Of a DNA stretch of 64,000 nucleotides, positions 27,329 to 39,504 are shown one piece after another (positions within the stretch are counted from its first letter, which is position 1; every line of letters begins with the position of its first letter). The DNA comes from Octopus sinensis (taxonomy: Eukaryota): the NCBI RefSeq assembly GCF_006345805.1, contig NC_042997.1, forward strand, positions 153,388,001 to 153,452,000, given 5' to 3'. The notes under the pieces are model-generated. The model searched no databases. It was not told the DNA's origin and saw nothing but the letters and a program-made list of their open reading frames with translations. Made by a program: the position numbers and the translations under genes.

Positions 27329-27953
27329 TGAAAGACTGTTGGTCACGTTTGTTTTTTTTGTTTTTATTGAGCAATAAATATATTTCACACGTTAACTGAA
27401 AGTGGTGCGCCAGTATAGTATTAGCTTTCAGAGCTAAAAAATATAATAATAACAAATGAAAACGGACAGGAAAACTGAATTTGCCGTGAAAATTGAATTC
27501 TCTGAAATGATAGCTTTTGTTGTTTAACCTCCAGGTTAGCTAACTCTGTTCAACAGGCCTATGTTCAAAACTCTTTGATGCTGATCAATGCTGACTTTTT
27601 GTATATCTAGGACTTTGTTGTCTAATGAACTCTTCTTTTCCAAAGCCGAGCTTTATACTTCGAGAGAATTAGGCTAGTATTTCTAGCAGATGAGCGAGCA
27701 GGGGAGAGGCTCCTCGTCTTCTTTTGTATGAATAACTTTCTTCTTTCCACCTGTCTCCCTTTTACACGCTACATCTTCAACTGTTCTTTCTTCTCCATTT
27801 TCCTAATTAGCTGCCTTTCTCTGTTTTTGCTTCTTTCTCCGCACCCACTTTTCTCTCCCCCAATACTTAGTATATTCTATTTCTAGTTGATTCTCTATAT
27901 ACTTCACTCCATGTCAGTCGTCTCTCTTAATCTGTGCGTGCGTACAGGTATAG

Positions 27954-28030
<77 letters not shown>

Positions 28031-28049
28031 AGATGTATGTGTGTGTATA

Positions 28050-28260
28050 TGCTTGTGTGTCTGTGTTTGTCCCCCTAGCATTGCTTGACAACCGATGCTG
28101 GTGTGTTTACGTCCCCGTCACTTAGCAGTTCGGCAAAAGAGACCGATAGAATAAGTACTGGGCTTACAAAGAATAAGTCCCGGGGTCGATTTGCTCGACT
28201 AAAGGCGGTGCTCCAGCATGGCCGCAGTCAAATGACTGAAACAAGTAAAATAGTAAAAGA

Positions 28261-28262
<2 letters not shown>
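28050..28262 (+). mobile_element. SINE family A, 3' half
   Basis: Matches 3770-3976; head replaced by TA/GA microsatellite. Confidence 0.88.
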
Positions 28263-28291
<29 letters not shown>

Positions 28292-28304
<13 letters not shown>

Positions 28305-28510
28305 GTAAAGAGTGAAAGAACGACAGAAGGCTTAAATGTTAAAAAATATATATATTTGCGTCAATATGTCTGAAGAATATTAGAAAATTTTTTTAAAAAA
28401 TTTGTTTAAAAAATTTTCTAATATTCTTCAGACATATTGACGCAAATATATATATATTTTAACATTTAAGCCTTCTGTCGTTTTTTCACTCTTTACTATT
28501 TTTTATATAT
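28292..28510. repeat. Long inverted repeat (about 100-bp arms, A/T loop)
   Basis: AATAGTAAAGAGTGAAAGAACGACAGAAGG...TAGAAAATTT mirrored as AAATTTTCTA...CCTTCTGTCGTTTTTTCACTCTTTACTATT. Confidence 0.95.
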
Positions 28511-28785
28511 TCACCCATGTGCTTTCACAAACCAACTTTCTTATCTATATATATATATATATATGAAACAAAGTTATTTTATTCCACACGGGTAGATATA
28601 TAGGAAGGATCTTTGTAATTTTCTTCACTGTTTACAATTTCTACCAATGTTTTTCAAATTTGGTATATGGTTTAAGCTTTGTATACTAGTATACTACTAA
28701 TGAAATGAAATTCATTTTCCCAATAAATCCATAAGTAAAATGTTAGCCCTTAAAGTTTGCAAATTTTGGGTATTTTAGCCAATTA

Positions 28786-30027
28786 TTAGGTTGTCAAGAA
28801 AGTTCTTGCGGAATTTTTAATTTTGGTTTTAAATTATGTATTTCCAAATTAATCGTCGTTAAATTACTTTGACTTCATATATCATTTTAAAGCCCGTTTT
28901 TCGCTCTATCTAATCCTGTTACTCGTTTTCTTTTTGAATAATTAGGCCATTTTTTTCGGAAAGTTGAATACAACATGCTCAAAAAGCAAATTCGCACAAT
29001 TTTCTTATTCCAGTTCAAGCTAGGCCGAAAAGCTGCTTAAACAGCTCGCGATATCAACGATGCATTTGGCCCAGGAACTACTAATGAACGTACAGCACAA
29101 TGATGGTTCAAGAAATTTTGTAGCGATGACGAGAGTCTTGAAGCTGATAAACGTAATGGTCAGCCGTGTTCGAGAGCTTGCTTTTGAATTAGACGTAACG
29201 TATACGACAATTTCCAACCGCTTAAAAGAGATTGGAAAAACAAAAATATTTGAGAAATAGGTACCGCACGAATTGAATGACAACCCCCCAAAACACACGC
29301 CGTTTTGAAGTGTCGTGTTCCCTTCTTTTACGCAACAAGAAAGATTCGTTTCTCGACCGGATTGTGACTTGCGATGAAAAGTGGATTCTTTACGACAACC
29401 GGCGACGCTTAGTTCAGTAGTTGGACGCCGACGAAGCTACACAGCATTCCTGAAGCCAAATTTGCAACAAAAGAAGGTCATGGTGAGTGTTTGGTGGTCT
29501 GCTGCTGGTCTCATTCATCACAGCTTTTTGGATCCAGGCGAAACCATTACGGCAGAGATGTTTTGTCAGCAAATGGATGAAATTCATAAGAAACTCCGAC
29601 AATAGCAGCCAGCATTGGTCAATAGAAAAGGACCAATTCTTCTCCACGACAACTCTCGGCCGCACGTCGCACAACTAGCCCTGCAGAAGATGAACGAATT
29701 AAGCTACGAAACTCTGTCTCATCCGCCATACTCATCAGGCCTCTCGCCTACCGACTACCACTTTTTGAAGCATCTTGACAACTTTTTGCGTGAAAAATGC
29801 TTCAAAAACCAAGACGATTCCAAACACGACTTCAACGACTTCAACGACTTCATCGCCACCAGAACGCAGGATTTTTACGCTACTGGCATAAATAAACGTG
29901 TTTCACGTTGGCAAAAGTGTGTTGATTCTGATGGTGTTTATTTCGATTAATAAAGTTTTGTTTCAGCCGAGATATGTGCATCTGAATTTAAAGATTATAA
30001 ACAGCAAGAACTTTCTTGACAACCTAA
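28786..30027 (+). mobile_element. Complete mariner (DD34D) transposon
   Basis: Perfect 24-bp TIRs TTAGGTTGTCAAGAAAGTTCTTGC with TA TSD at 28784-28785 and 30028-30029. Confidence 0.96.
28975..29950 (+). pseudogene. Mariner transposase, disrupted
   Basis: MLKKQIRTIFLFQFKLGRKAA, IVTCDEKWILYDN, HDNSRPH, HPPYSSGLSPTDYH; in-frame stops and frameshifts. Confidence 0.93.
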
Positions 30028-31298
30028 TAAAAGCGAGTATTTTACACATCAACGTGGCGAAAAACTCTGTTTCTATAGTAACCAAAGATGCTGCGCATGC
30101 TCACAAGGAGGAGAAGGAAATACGAGAAAGATAATCTACTATAATAATACTCTTATGTTTTCCTCCATCACAACATATGAATGAGAAAGGAAGGGGTGAT
30201 AGGTGAATAGGGAAGGAAGGGGTGATGGCAAACTGGTAGTGTGAGTGTTTCAACTTTGTGTAAGTGTATGTGTGTGTATGTAAAAGGGAATTATGTGTGT
30301 GCTATTGCTAGAAATATTGTTATTTCTAGCAATATTTTGAAATGCCGATACCCACTCTCCATGATGATGGAAGAGGCAGCGAACGAGCTGTCTTCTGATT
30401 GTCTGAAAATTATCAAACTTTGAACACCTGTACCATTTTTGCGAAATCTTTCTGGAATAGATAAATTCGGATTCAACATCAAAAATTACATCTATACGAT
30501 ACATTAAAAATTGTTTTTAAAGATAGTTGTAAACAGGACGAAAATCATTAAGATCCTATAGGAAAAACAGATGAAAATACATTGAGAATAGTTAGAATAT
30601 TTTTTATTAATATATTTGAAGCTTTAGCCGGTTTCACAGTTTACACTGATTTTCAAAAAGTTCAAATAGAAAGACGTTTCTTATGTCACAGCTGTTTTGG
30701 TTCTGACTGGTGTTTGAAGTTTACCCTGTTTTTATAGGGAGTTCATGGCTCAAATTAGTAATATGTATTGAATAGGGTTTGATTGGTAGAAGATGGTCAT
30801 ATGACTAGTCTTAGAAATTTTTGTAGGTTCCCCCGCTACGTCCGTGTGTTAGTATCAAGTGACAATGTTTGGCGTCGTAAGTTAAGGTTGACACAATTGA
30901 CTGAACAAGTCCAAACAATCAATGCTCAGAATGTTTTCTGTCTAGTGTTTGTAGAGAATGAACACATGATTAAGTTTCTAACCGTTTGTACGTTTCCCGC
31001 TACGTCCGTGCGTTAGTGCCATGTGTCAGTATATGTTGCGCCTAAAAAGAAGGCCGACACGGTTGAGTGAACATGTTTAGTTATAATCAAGGCACTGCAA
31101 ATTTAATCTGTCTGGTGGGAGAGTGTACAGGAGTCGTTCGTATGCAGTCCAATGGTTAAAATTTAGGTCGTTAGCTGAGTACCTTCCTCATAAGTGGTAG
31201 AACGAATTTTGTATGTGAATAGTTATTTGTATATATACTCTGTTAAAGTTTAAATCTTGGTTTGTACTTTTCTAGGATATATATATATATATATAACA

Positions 31299-31477
31299 TA
31301 TAAACAAGGGCAAAAGAAAAATTATTTCTGTGCCAATATGCTGAGAACAGACTTTAAATCGTCAATTTCCACTTTTCATTATACATTCAATGTATAATGA
31401 AATGTGGAAATTGACGATTTAAAGTCTGTTCTCAGCATATTGGCACAGAAATAATCTTTCTTTTGCCCTTGTTTATA
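31299..31477. repeat. Near-perfect 179-bp palindrome centred on 31388
   Basis: TATAAACAAGGGC...TTTCATTATACATT-C-AATGTATAATGAAA...GCCCTTGTTTATA, few mismatches. Confidence 0.96.
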
Positions 31478-31587
31478 AGTTGTTTATAATTTTAACCTTT
31501 AAAGGTATTTTAATATGCTGCCACATTTTGATGAAATTTTTTCTGAAAAAATGTTATCCTATATATATATATATGAGTCTTGCATAT

Positions 31588-31854
31588 TGTTATATTCTTA
31601 TGGATAAACGAATACACTGCAATAGTGTAATAAAAATATAATCGAAACAAACGGCAGTAACCACACGAAAAGTAACAATATTCTTTTAAGAACCAACAAT
31701 CCAACACGCTAACTCGAACTGTGAACTTTGAACTCCAACTTTGAACTATCAACACACGAACTGTAGAACTACCTCACTTACACAGACCGTTACTATTTAT
31801 ACTAGTCACCCAGTCCATTCTCTCCAGGGAGGCGTCTAACACCTTCGCGCAACA
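31588..31854 (-). mobile_element. Probable solo LTR
   Basis: TG...CA termini, TATAAATA on minus strand, flanks CATAT/CATGT (5-bp TSD with one mismatch); 3' end AAGAATATAACA resembles the Gypsy LTR end at 27097. Confidence 0.55.
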
Positions 31855-32665
31855 CATGTAATAAGAATTTGAAAGATCAATTAAATAAAGATATTCATAC
31901 AACTAGAAGATTAAAACTGCCCTCTGCAGTGTGCAAACGCTAAAATTATGACATAACTCCAATATTAGCTTATTCAAATATATTTCGATATCATTAGATC
32001 TCGTCATGAGACAAATTTACTGCAGTGCGTCAAGGCTTGGAAATAAGTATGTATCTAAACTTGAACATGAATATATGTGCATGCGTGCCCAAGTATGTAT
32101 GTGTGGATTATCTTCCATTTCTAATTATTTGTAGTGGTTTCCCCACAAAGGATAGAGCTAGTTTCTAACAAACAAAGTTCCATCTTTGAAATGTAGGTAA
32201 CAAAAACCAAATCACATGTTGAACTTGAGAAAAATCTTGCATATTTTCTAATGTTCCACTTACAGAATATATTTGTTATGTACGTGTTACCTAATTGATT
32301 TCTCTTTTCTGAAAAACCTCCTGCTTATCCAGGTAACCACTTATAAGTATTTACTTGGGCATTTACTCACAAAACCACATGCGGTAGTTATTATTGGTAT
32401 AACTTAATCTGGTAATAGGAACTGGCGGTTTGTCTCTAGTTATTCTTTACTCATTGATTTTCGAAGAGATAATCGCATCAGCGGGACAACTGACCTCTAT
32501 GACGATGCACACCTTTTCTTGTCCGTCCTAAACAACACTATCCAGCTTGTTATATTTGCACTTATATATGTAAGCATACATGCATGTACGTTTACTCATA
32601 TAGACATACATTGATATGCACCATATATGTGTGTGTGTATGTGTAGATCTGTATATATGCATAAC

Positions 32666-32706
<41 letters not shown>

Positions 32707-33229
32707 AAACTTTAGTGGTCAGTCCTTTAAATTTTGTATGTAAAAAGTATTTTAATCTTCGGATTTTTTTAATATGCTAGGCTACTGGTTTTAATTGATT
32801 AACATCAATTTCTACCCTTATTCAATTATATATATATATATGTATATATATAATTAAAATTAATCAAAGGACATAGTAAGTATGTCTACCTGCTTGAAAT
32901 AACAGTCAAGACTCTTATTAAATCGCCAATCCCTCGACTATTTAATGCTATGTATGGCCTGCTATCGCCTGTGTCATTGGTTCTGTTATTATCAATTTTA
33001 AAATAGTTACATTGGATAATAATAGAATTAATGACACCTTCGCAAATTTATATATATATATTCTGACATACTTAAATTCGATGTTCTGTCTGCTAGACTG
33101 GCCGTCTCTCCTCGTTTTTCTTCGCCATGTTATTTTCTTTCGCAGTCTTATCTTCTAACCTTCATCAATGTTTATCATGCAGCTAACACTGAATTGTTAC
33201 ATCGTCTTACCTCCTGTTAGCCTCAGTCT

Positions 33230-33333
33230 CACTCTCTCTCTCTCTCTCCTCAAGTTCCTTCTCTTTCTCCGTCATAACCTTCTCCTTTCTCTCTTTCTCT
33301 CCCTCTATCTCTCTCTATCTATCTCTACCCCCT

Positions 33334-33368
<35 letters not shown>

Positions 33369-33540
33369 GTATATATAGATCTTCCTTGTTTCCTTCTCTT
33401 CTGATATTTTCTCTATACTGCAGACATTTTCATCCTTCTTAGTCTTTCGACACCTCACACGTTCACTTTTTTCTTCCTCTGTTTCTCTCTCACTCTGTTT
33501 CTCTCTCACTCTGTCTCTCCGTCTTTCTCTCTCTACCAAT
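33230..33540. repeat. CT-rich low-complexity tract
   Basis: Degenerate (CT)n. Confidence 0.88.
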
Positions 33541-35104
33541 GTTTTCTGACCAGGGTTATTTTCTGTAAAAGTGATTTAGTCTGACAATCGTTTGCGGCGA
33601 TACTTTGTGTCAGTGCGCTGCTGCAATATATGTGGCACCATTTTCTTCTTACATAAATATAAAATGTGTAGAAAAGAAGTAAATGAATAATTTGAGCCTA
33701 AGTTAGAATGATCATACGTTCCCAGCTTCATTATTGACATAAATCAAAACAACTCTAGCAAAGAATCGAAATCCTGTTTATACTTTTGCTCTTCACTACA
33801 AAACAATTATGCTCAATTAAATCTCTTAATCTAGATCTTTCTATTTTCCTTCCCTTTGTTATTGATTATTTTAGATTAACGTAACAAGTTAATTAAATGA
33901 ATTGGTATATTTTTTTAGTTACCCAGCTACGATTTATTAGAGCATCCAGTATATTAGTACATTGACATCACTGGTGTTTATTGAGACATATTAGATGAAA
34001 GATTGAAAATAATTCTTCGGCGTGACTTGAACTTATAAACCTGTGTTCTTAAACTTGACAATGTAAAGTATCTAATTCAAAACCCAAAGGACCACACCAA
34101 TATCTTTCAAATAAGAAAAGCACTTCACTGATGTATAGATAATTGACATTTCACCTGGCTTTATACTATAGAACAGTTAATCATTAGTTTAAAGTTTAAT
34201 TTGATAATACATAATTAAATGCTCCGTTAATGAACTATCTTATTGCACAAAACTTGAATATCACATTTGTAAGTTCTCATTTGCAGATATACCGTCTTTT
34301 TTCTGTGAAGTAGACGCTGGTTTATTCCAGGAAGTGATAAATCAGTCCTTTCTGCCTTTACAAACTAATCTATTTGAAATTTAATTCTAAATGTCGAAGT
34401 GCTTTTAATGTTTGGCTGCCATGAAAGCTATCTTTAAGGTTTATGTTCACAGAAGACGTATACGTCTGGTGTGAGCTATCCAGGTTGTGGATGACACGAG
34501 AGCTTACTATTTATATAACAGTCCGTGTTAGAAGATATTACAAGTTCATAAATGTACAGAGGAACTAATGTGAGAGACATAGCAACACATAAGTGATAGC
34601 TTGCGGGTTAAGGAGAGCTTGTATTGCACGCTGTTAGTGAACAATCAAACTGGAAACTTTTGATGCAAGACTGAGTAGATGATTGGTGTCCGTAGCTAGA
34701 AGTCTTAGCAAGGTGACACTATTCCTAAATATTGCATTCGCACAAGTTTTCAAAGTCCAATGACCAATGGTGCGTGATGAAGAAGAACAAGCCTCCCCCA
34801 AATCTAACTGAACACAAGTTACGAGGGAGAGGCTCCATATAAATCGCTAGGGTTGTTTACAATTGTTACTGTCACTTTGGTAATGTTCAAGGGTAAGGTG
34901 ATCGGTGACTGAGTTGCTCATCTGGGTAACTTGCTACTAACAAGCTAACAGAATATTAGTTACCCAAATTGCCCGATTTTCATTTCATCTCTCTATGTAT
35001 AAAAAAACGGTATAACTGAAAAGTACAGTTCTATATTTTAGAGATGAGAAATTATTTACATTATTTACGTTTGACGGATATTTGTCCTCATCTTGTTTGT
35101 TGTT

Positions 35105-35150
35105 AACACAAGGTTTCGGCTGATATACTCTCTAGCCTTCATCAGGTGTC
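35105..35150 (-). ncRNA. Minimal type I hammerhead ribozyme motif (stem III mutated)
   Basis: GACAC-CTGATGA-A-GGCTA gagagtatat CAGCC-GAAAC-CTT-GTGTT; core intact, ACGT palindrome changed to ACCT. Confidence 0.7.
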
Positions 35151-35196
35151 TTAGGGAAATTTCGAACCTGGTTTCTCATTCCTTAGGTATTTTTCG

Positions 35197-35237
<41 letters not shown>

Positions 35238-35240
<3 letters not shown>

Positions 35241-38200
35241 TAGTTTTATTTTTATAGCGTGCTTTCACTTCACTACCGAGCGCAGCTCTGTGTGCCTTGG
35301 GTATGTGCTGTGATTTGTTGTGATGCTCTGATGGTTATTGTATGGAAAGTGTTCTGCGTAGGATGTGTGCAGTGCCTAGTAGTGCAATTTTCTGTATGTT
35401 ATATGTGTTTGTAAGTCCTGCTGTTTTTGTTATGTATTTGTCTGAATATTTTTTTATCATGCCTAATGCACCTACTATGATAGGAATTGTTTCTGTTTTC
35501 AGGTTCCACATTCTAGTTACCTCTATTTCCAGGTCTTTGTATTTTGAGAGTTTCTCCATTTCTTTTAGAGACACGTTGTCATCTGCCGGTATTGATACAT
35601 CAATTAGAAAGCATTTTTTTTCTTCATGATCTCTGACAACTATATCTGGTCTGTTGGCCTTAATTTCTCTATCTGTGTGTATCGGCATATCCCAGGGTAT
35701 GGTTGCTTTCTCGTTTTCTGTGACCTTTTCTGGTGTGTGCCTATACCATCTTTTTTCTGTTGTTATTCCATAATGTTGGCATAGCTTCCAATGTATGTAG
35801 GTTCCAACTCTGTCATGTCTGTGAATATATTCCTTCTTAGCCAGGACTGGGCAGCTAGAGATAATATGATTTATTGTTTCTTGTCCATCTCCACATATTC
35901 TGCAGTTACTTGTAATATTTCTTTTCATTACATGTTTTTGGTAATTTCTGGTGGGGAGGCTTTGGTCTTGTGCTGCAATTAAAAATCCCTCCTGGTTCTG
36001 CTTTGAGTCCTGAGCTTCTCAACCATTGCTGGGATTTTTCTTTGTCTATTTCTTTTGCGTTTAGTTTGGTGCAGTATTTACCATGAAGGGGCTTTTCTTG
36101 CCATCGTTTTATCATGGCTCGTTGCTGTTCTATTTTTAGTTTGGATTTCATTTGTTTTATAGCTTTTGTTGTTTCTTCATCATCTTCTTCTTCTTCTTTG
36201 TGTTTATTAGGTGGTATGATTTCTTGTTTGTATTTGTCAGCTTCCTTAAATACTGAGAACAGTTTTTGTTTTGCTCGTGTTTTGCTGCTATCTGGATCAG
36301 TTTTTCTTCCTTCTGAAGTAGGTATTTTTGCAGTCCTATGGTGGTTATTTTATAGTAGTTTTCCAGCTGTATAAGGCCTCTACCACCTTCTATACGTTGT
36401 ATATATAGTCTTTCTATGTCAGATTTTGGGTGATGCATCCTAGATCCTGTCAGTATTTTTCTTGTTTTCCTATCTATTTTGGACAGTTCATTTCGTGTCC
36501 AGTTAAGGATATTGTAGCTGTAACTTATAACTGGGACAGCTAAAGTGTTGATACCTATTATCTTGTTTTTAGCATTGAGCTCTGTTTTTAGTATTGATCT
36601 AACTCGTCTATAATATTCTTTTTTTATTTTCTCTTTCATTTGTGTGTGTTGTGTCTTATCTAGTTCATAGATTCCTAAGTATTTGTAAGTTTGGCTTTGG
36701 TCTAATTCTTTTATTTCATTGGTTTTATCTAGTGTGATGTTGTTACTCTTAACTAGTTTTCCTCTTTTCATGGTTACTTTGGCGCATTTTTCTAATCCAA
36801 ATTTCATATCTATTTCTTTGGTAAATCCATGAACTGTCTTTAATAGTGTTTCCAGCTGTTTGTCATTTGCAGCGTATAGTTTTAGGTCATCCATATATAA
36901 AAGGTGGCTGATCGTTTTGCCGTAACATTTATATCCGCATCCAGTTCTATTTAGCATATCAGATAGAGGTGACAGTGCCAAGCAGAAAAGGAGTGGAGAG
37001 AGCGTGTCTCCCTGGAATATTCCTCTTCTAATGGGGATGTCTTTGGTTTTCATGAGTCCCTCTTTTGTTTGGAGGTGTAGGACTGTTTGCCATTTATTCA
37101 TAGAGTGCTCTATGAATTTTATGATTGTTGGTGCTACTTTGTTAATGGCTAGTGTTTCGAGGATCCATGTGTGGGGGATGCTATCAAACGCCTTTTTGTA
37201 GTCAATCCAGGCCATACTGAGGCCTTTCTTCTTTCTGTGGCTGTCTTCAGTTACGGCTTTATTAATCATTAGTTGATCTTTACAGCCATATGAGCCCTTG
37301 CGGCATCCTTTCTGCTCTTCTGGGAACAGTTTGTTTTCGTCCAGGTGCTTGTTCAGCCTTTGCGATATCACTGCAGTAAATGCCTTGAACATAGTAGGGA
37401 GGCAGGTTATTGGTCTGTAGTTTTCTGGTTTTGTTGTTTCATTTGATTTGGGAATTAAGATGGTTTTCCCCTTCGTGAGCCATTCAGGCATTGTCTCTGG
37501 CTCTGCTAGTATGCTGTTAAAGTTTTCAGCCAGCTTTTTGTGCATTCCTGTTAGATATTTCAACCAGAAGTTGGGGATCTTGTCATGCCCAGGTGCCTTC
37601 CAGTTGCTTAGTTTTTGCAGTGCCTGGGTGACCTCTTCAGTTGTTATGGGGGTCCAAAGTTGTTCAGATGCCGAGTTTGTTATTTTCATACTCTTTTTTT
37701 TTGGCTGTTCGTTCGCCGACCATATTTCTTTCCAGAATTCTTCCAATTCTTCTGCCGTTGGTGCTGCAGTGACTTCTATTTTATTTTTGCCCAGTTCTTG
37801 GTAGAACTTTTTGGGGTCGGAGTTGAACTTTTTGTTCTGTTCAAAGAAGCGTTGGCGTTTCTCGTACCGGCGGATCCTTTGAGCTTTGGCAAGGATATCT
37901 TGCTTCAGCTTTTCTTTTATCTCCGGCAAATCTTTTTCTGTGATGTTATATTTGCGGAGCATTTTTGTTCTCTTTTTGTTGCTCAGTAGCGTTGCTTGTT
38001 TGCTGATTTCATTAAGAATCGACAGGTCTTTTCTAATTTTTTTTATTTTGTTTTGGATGTTATTTATCCACAGGGTTTGTTTGGGTGGTGGTACTCCTGT
38101 TTGGGCGGGTTTGGGTGAGTATCCAGCTTTTTGTGGCTGCAGTGGCTGCTGCGTATATCAAGTCATTTAGTTCAGTGATATCACTTTTTTTGTTTCAGTG

Positions 38201-39198
38201 GCTAGTTCAGTGACGGCTAGGTTTATGTTGTTTATAATTGGTGTTGTTATTGCGTTTATTTTTATTCTTGGGAGGTATGGTCGGTGGTCCATTTTGAGCT
38301 CTGTGGTTTTTAGTTCTTTGATTATTTTATTTTTTATATTATCATAATCATTAGGCTCCCCTTCGTTGTTTACATCGTGTTTGTTGGGAATGTTGCGTTT
38401 GTCTTCGTGTTTTACAGTTTCAGTGTTTATATTATTGGGCATTGTTGTGTGGCTTCTATCTACATTTTCCTGGTGTATTTTTTCTTTTAAATGTTCTATT
38501 TCTATTTCTGATATTTTTTTGGCTTTGAGAATGTATCTTCGTACGTTAGCTAATTTATTAGGGTTCATTGCTGTATCCAAGTCTATATCTCTATTATTTT
38601 CCTTCCATATTTTATATGTATGTGTTGTTGTATTTTCATTTTGTGGGTAGAGCATTGCTGTGAAGTATGCGTGTAAGATAGAAATGTATTCCTCACGTGT
38701 CCATTTACGTCTTTTGGGTTTTAATTGCGGGACATGAGGTACAACGTCCGGCCCATTATTTTGACGGTCGTCATTTTCGTAGGGTACCGGTCCGTTTATT
38801 TCTGTTGTCACATTATTTCGCACGTGTAGTTTTTCGTACATTTTTTGTTGTAGGTTTAATGTACGTGCCGCTCGATTGTTATTCTTGGGTTGAATAGTAT
38901 CGGTGGCATTTAATTTCTTCGTAGTTCCTTTGTACATGGTGTTTGAGGTCGGGGATGATCGTGTTGTTCCACGCATGTTTACATGTGTTGTGTTAGAGGT
39001 GGAGATAATATCGAGTCAAAATACATCATTTCGTTTCGAAAATAGTAATAAATTTCAATTCGTATTACTTACTCGGATATAGTCCAATTCTTTGTTAGTA
39101 AATCTTTGGCTCCATAGGGTATCCTTGTTTTCGATGTTTGTGGATAGATTTCGGAGCTCTGTATTTTCCTTCTTACATCTTAAACGTCCCCGGTGTCT

Positions 39199-39200
<2 letters not shown>
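35238..39200 (-). mobile_element. Near full-length R4/Dong-clade RLE LINE inserted in (TAA)n
   Basis: (ATT)n on both sides; 5' UTR, long ORF in four segments, short 3' UTR ending in AATAAAA and (AAT)n. Confidence 0.95.
35335..38976 (-). pseudogene. Dong/R4 polyprotein (Myb-like N-term, RT, CCHC, restriction-like endonuclease), split by about three frameshifts
   Basis: KRRKWTREEY; NYRPITCLP, WIDYKKAFDSIPH, GIFQGDTLSPLLF, LLYMDDLKLY; CRICGDGQETINHIISSC, RHD, RPDIVVRD..IDVS; ORFs 38167-38976, 36157-37962, 35906-36151, 35335-35928. Confidence 0.92.
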
Positions 39201-39242
<42 letters not shown>

Positions 39243-39355
39243 TATTATTATTATTATTGTTGTTGTTTTTATTTTTATTACTATTATTATTCAAGCGTGG
39301 CGGTTAAGAGCGCGGGCTACTAACCCAAGATTGCGAGTTGGATTCCAGGCAATGA

Positions 39356-39405
<50 letters not shown>

Positions 39406-39458
39406 GTAACATCGAAAAATACTTTAGGAATGAGAATCCAGGTTCGAAATCTCCCCAA

Positions 39459-39504
39459 GAGACCTGCTGAAGGCTAGAGAGTATATCAGCCGAAACGTTG
39501 TGCT
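39459..39504 (+). ncRNA. Minimal hammerhead motif, core mutated (CTGCTGA)
   Basis: GAGAC-CTGCTGA-A-GGCTA gagagtatat CAGCC-GAAAC-GTT-GTGCT. Confidence 0.6.

Noticed and set aside
37004-38897. Plus-strand ORFs within the Dong LINE and minus-strand ORFs within the CR1 LINE
   Set aside because: Antisense shadows of the retroelement reading frames.
39295-39359. tRNA-like sequences here and at 3581, 4480, 43950, 45679
   Set aside because: Only A/B boxes remain, no complete cloverleaf, and each is fused to a repeat body: SINE heads, not tRNA genes.
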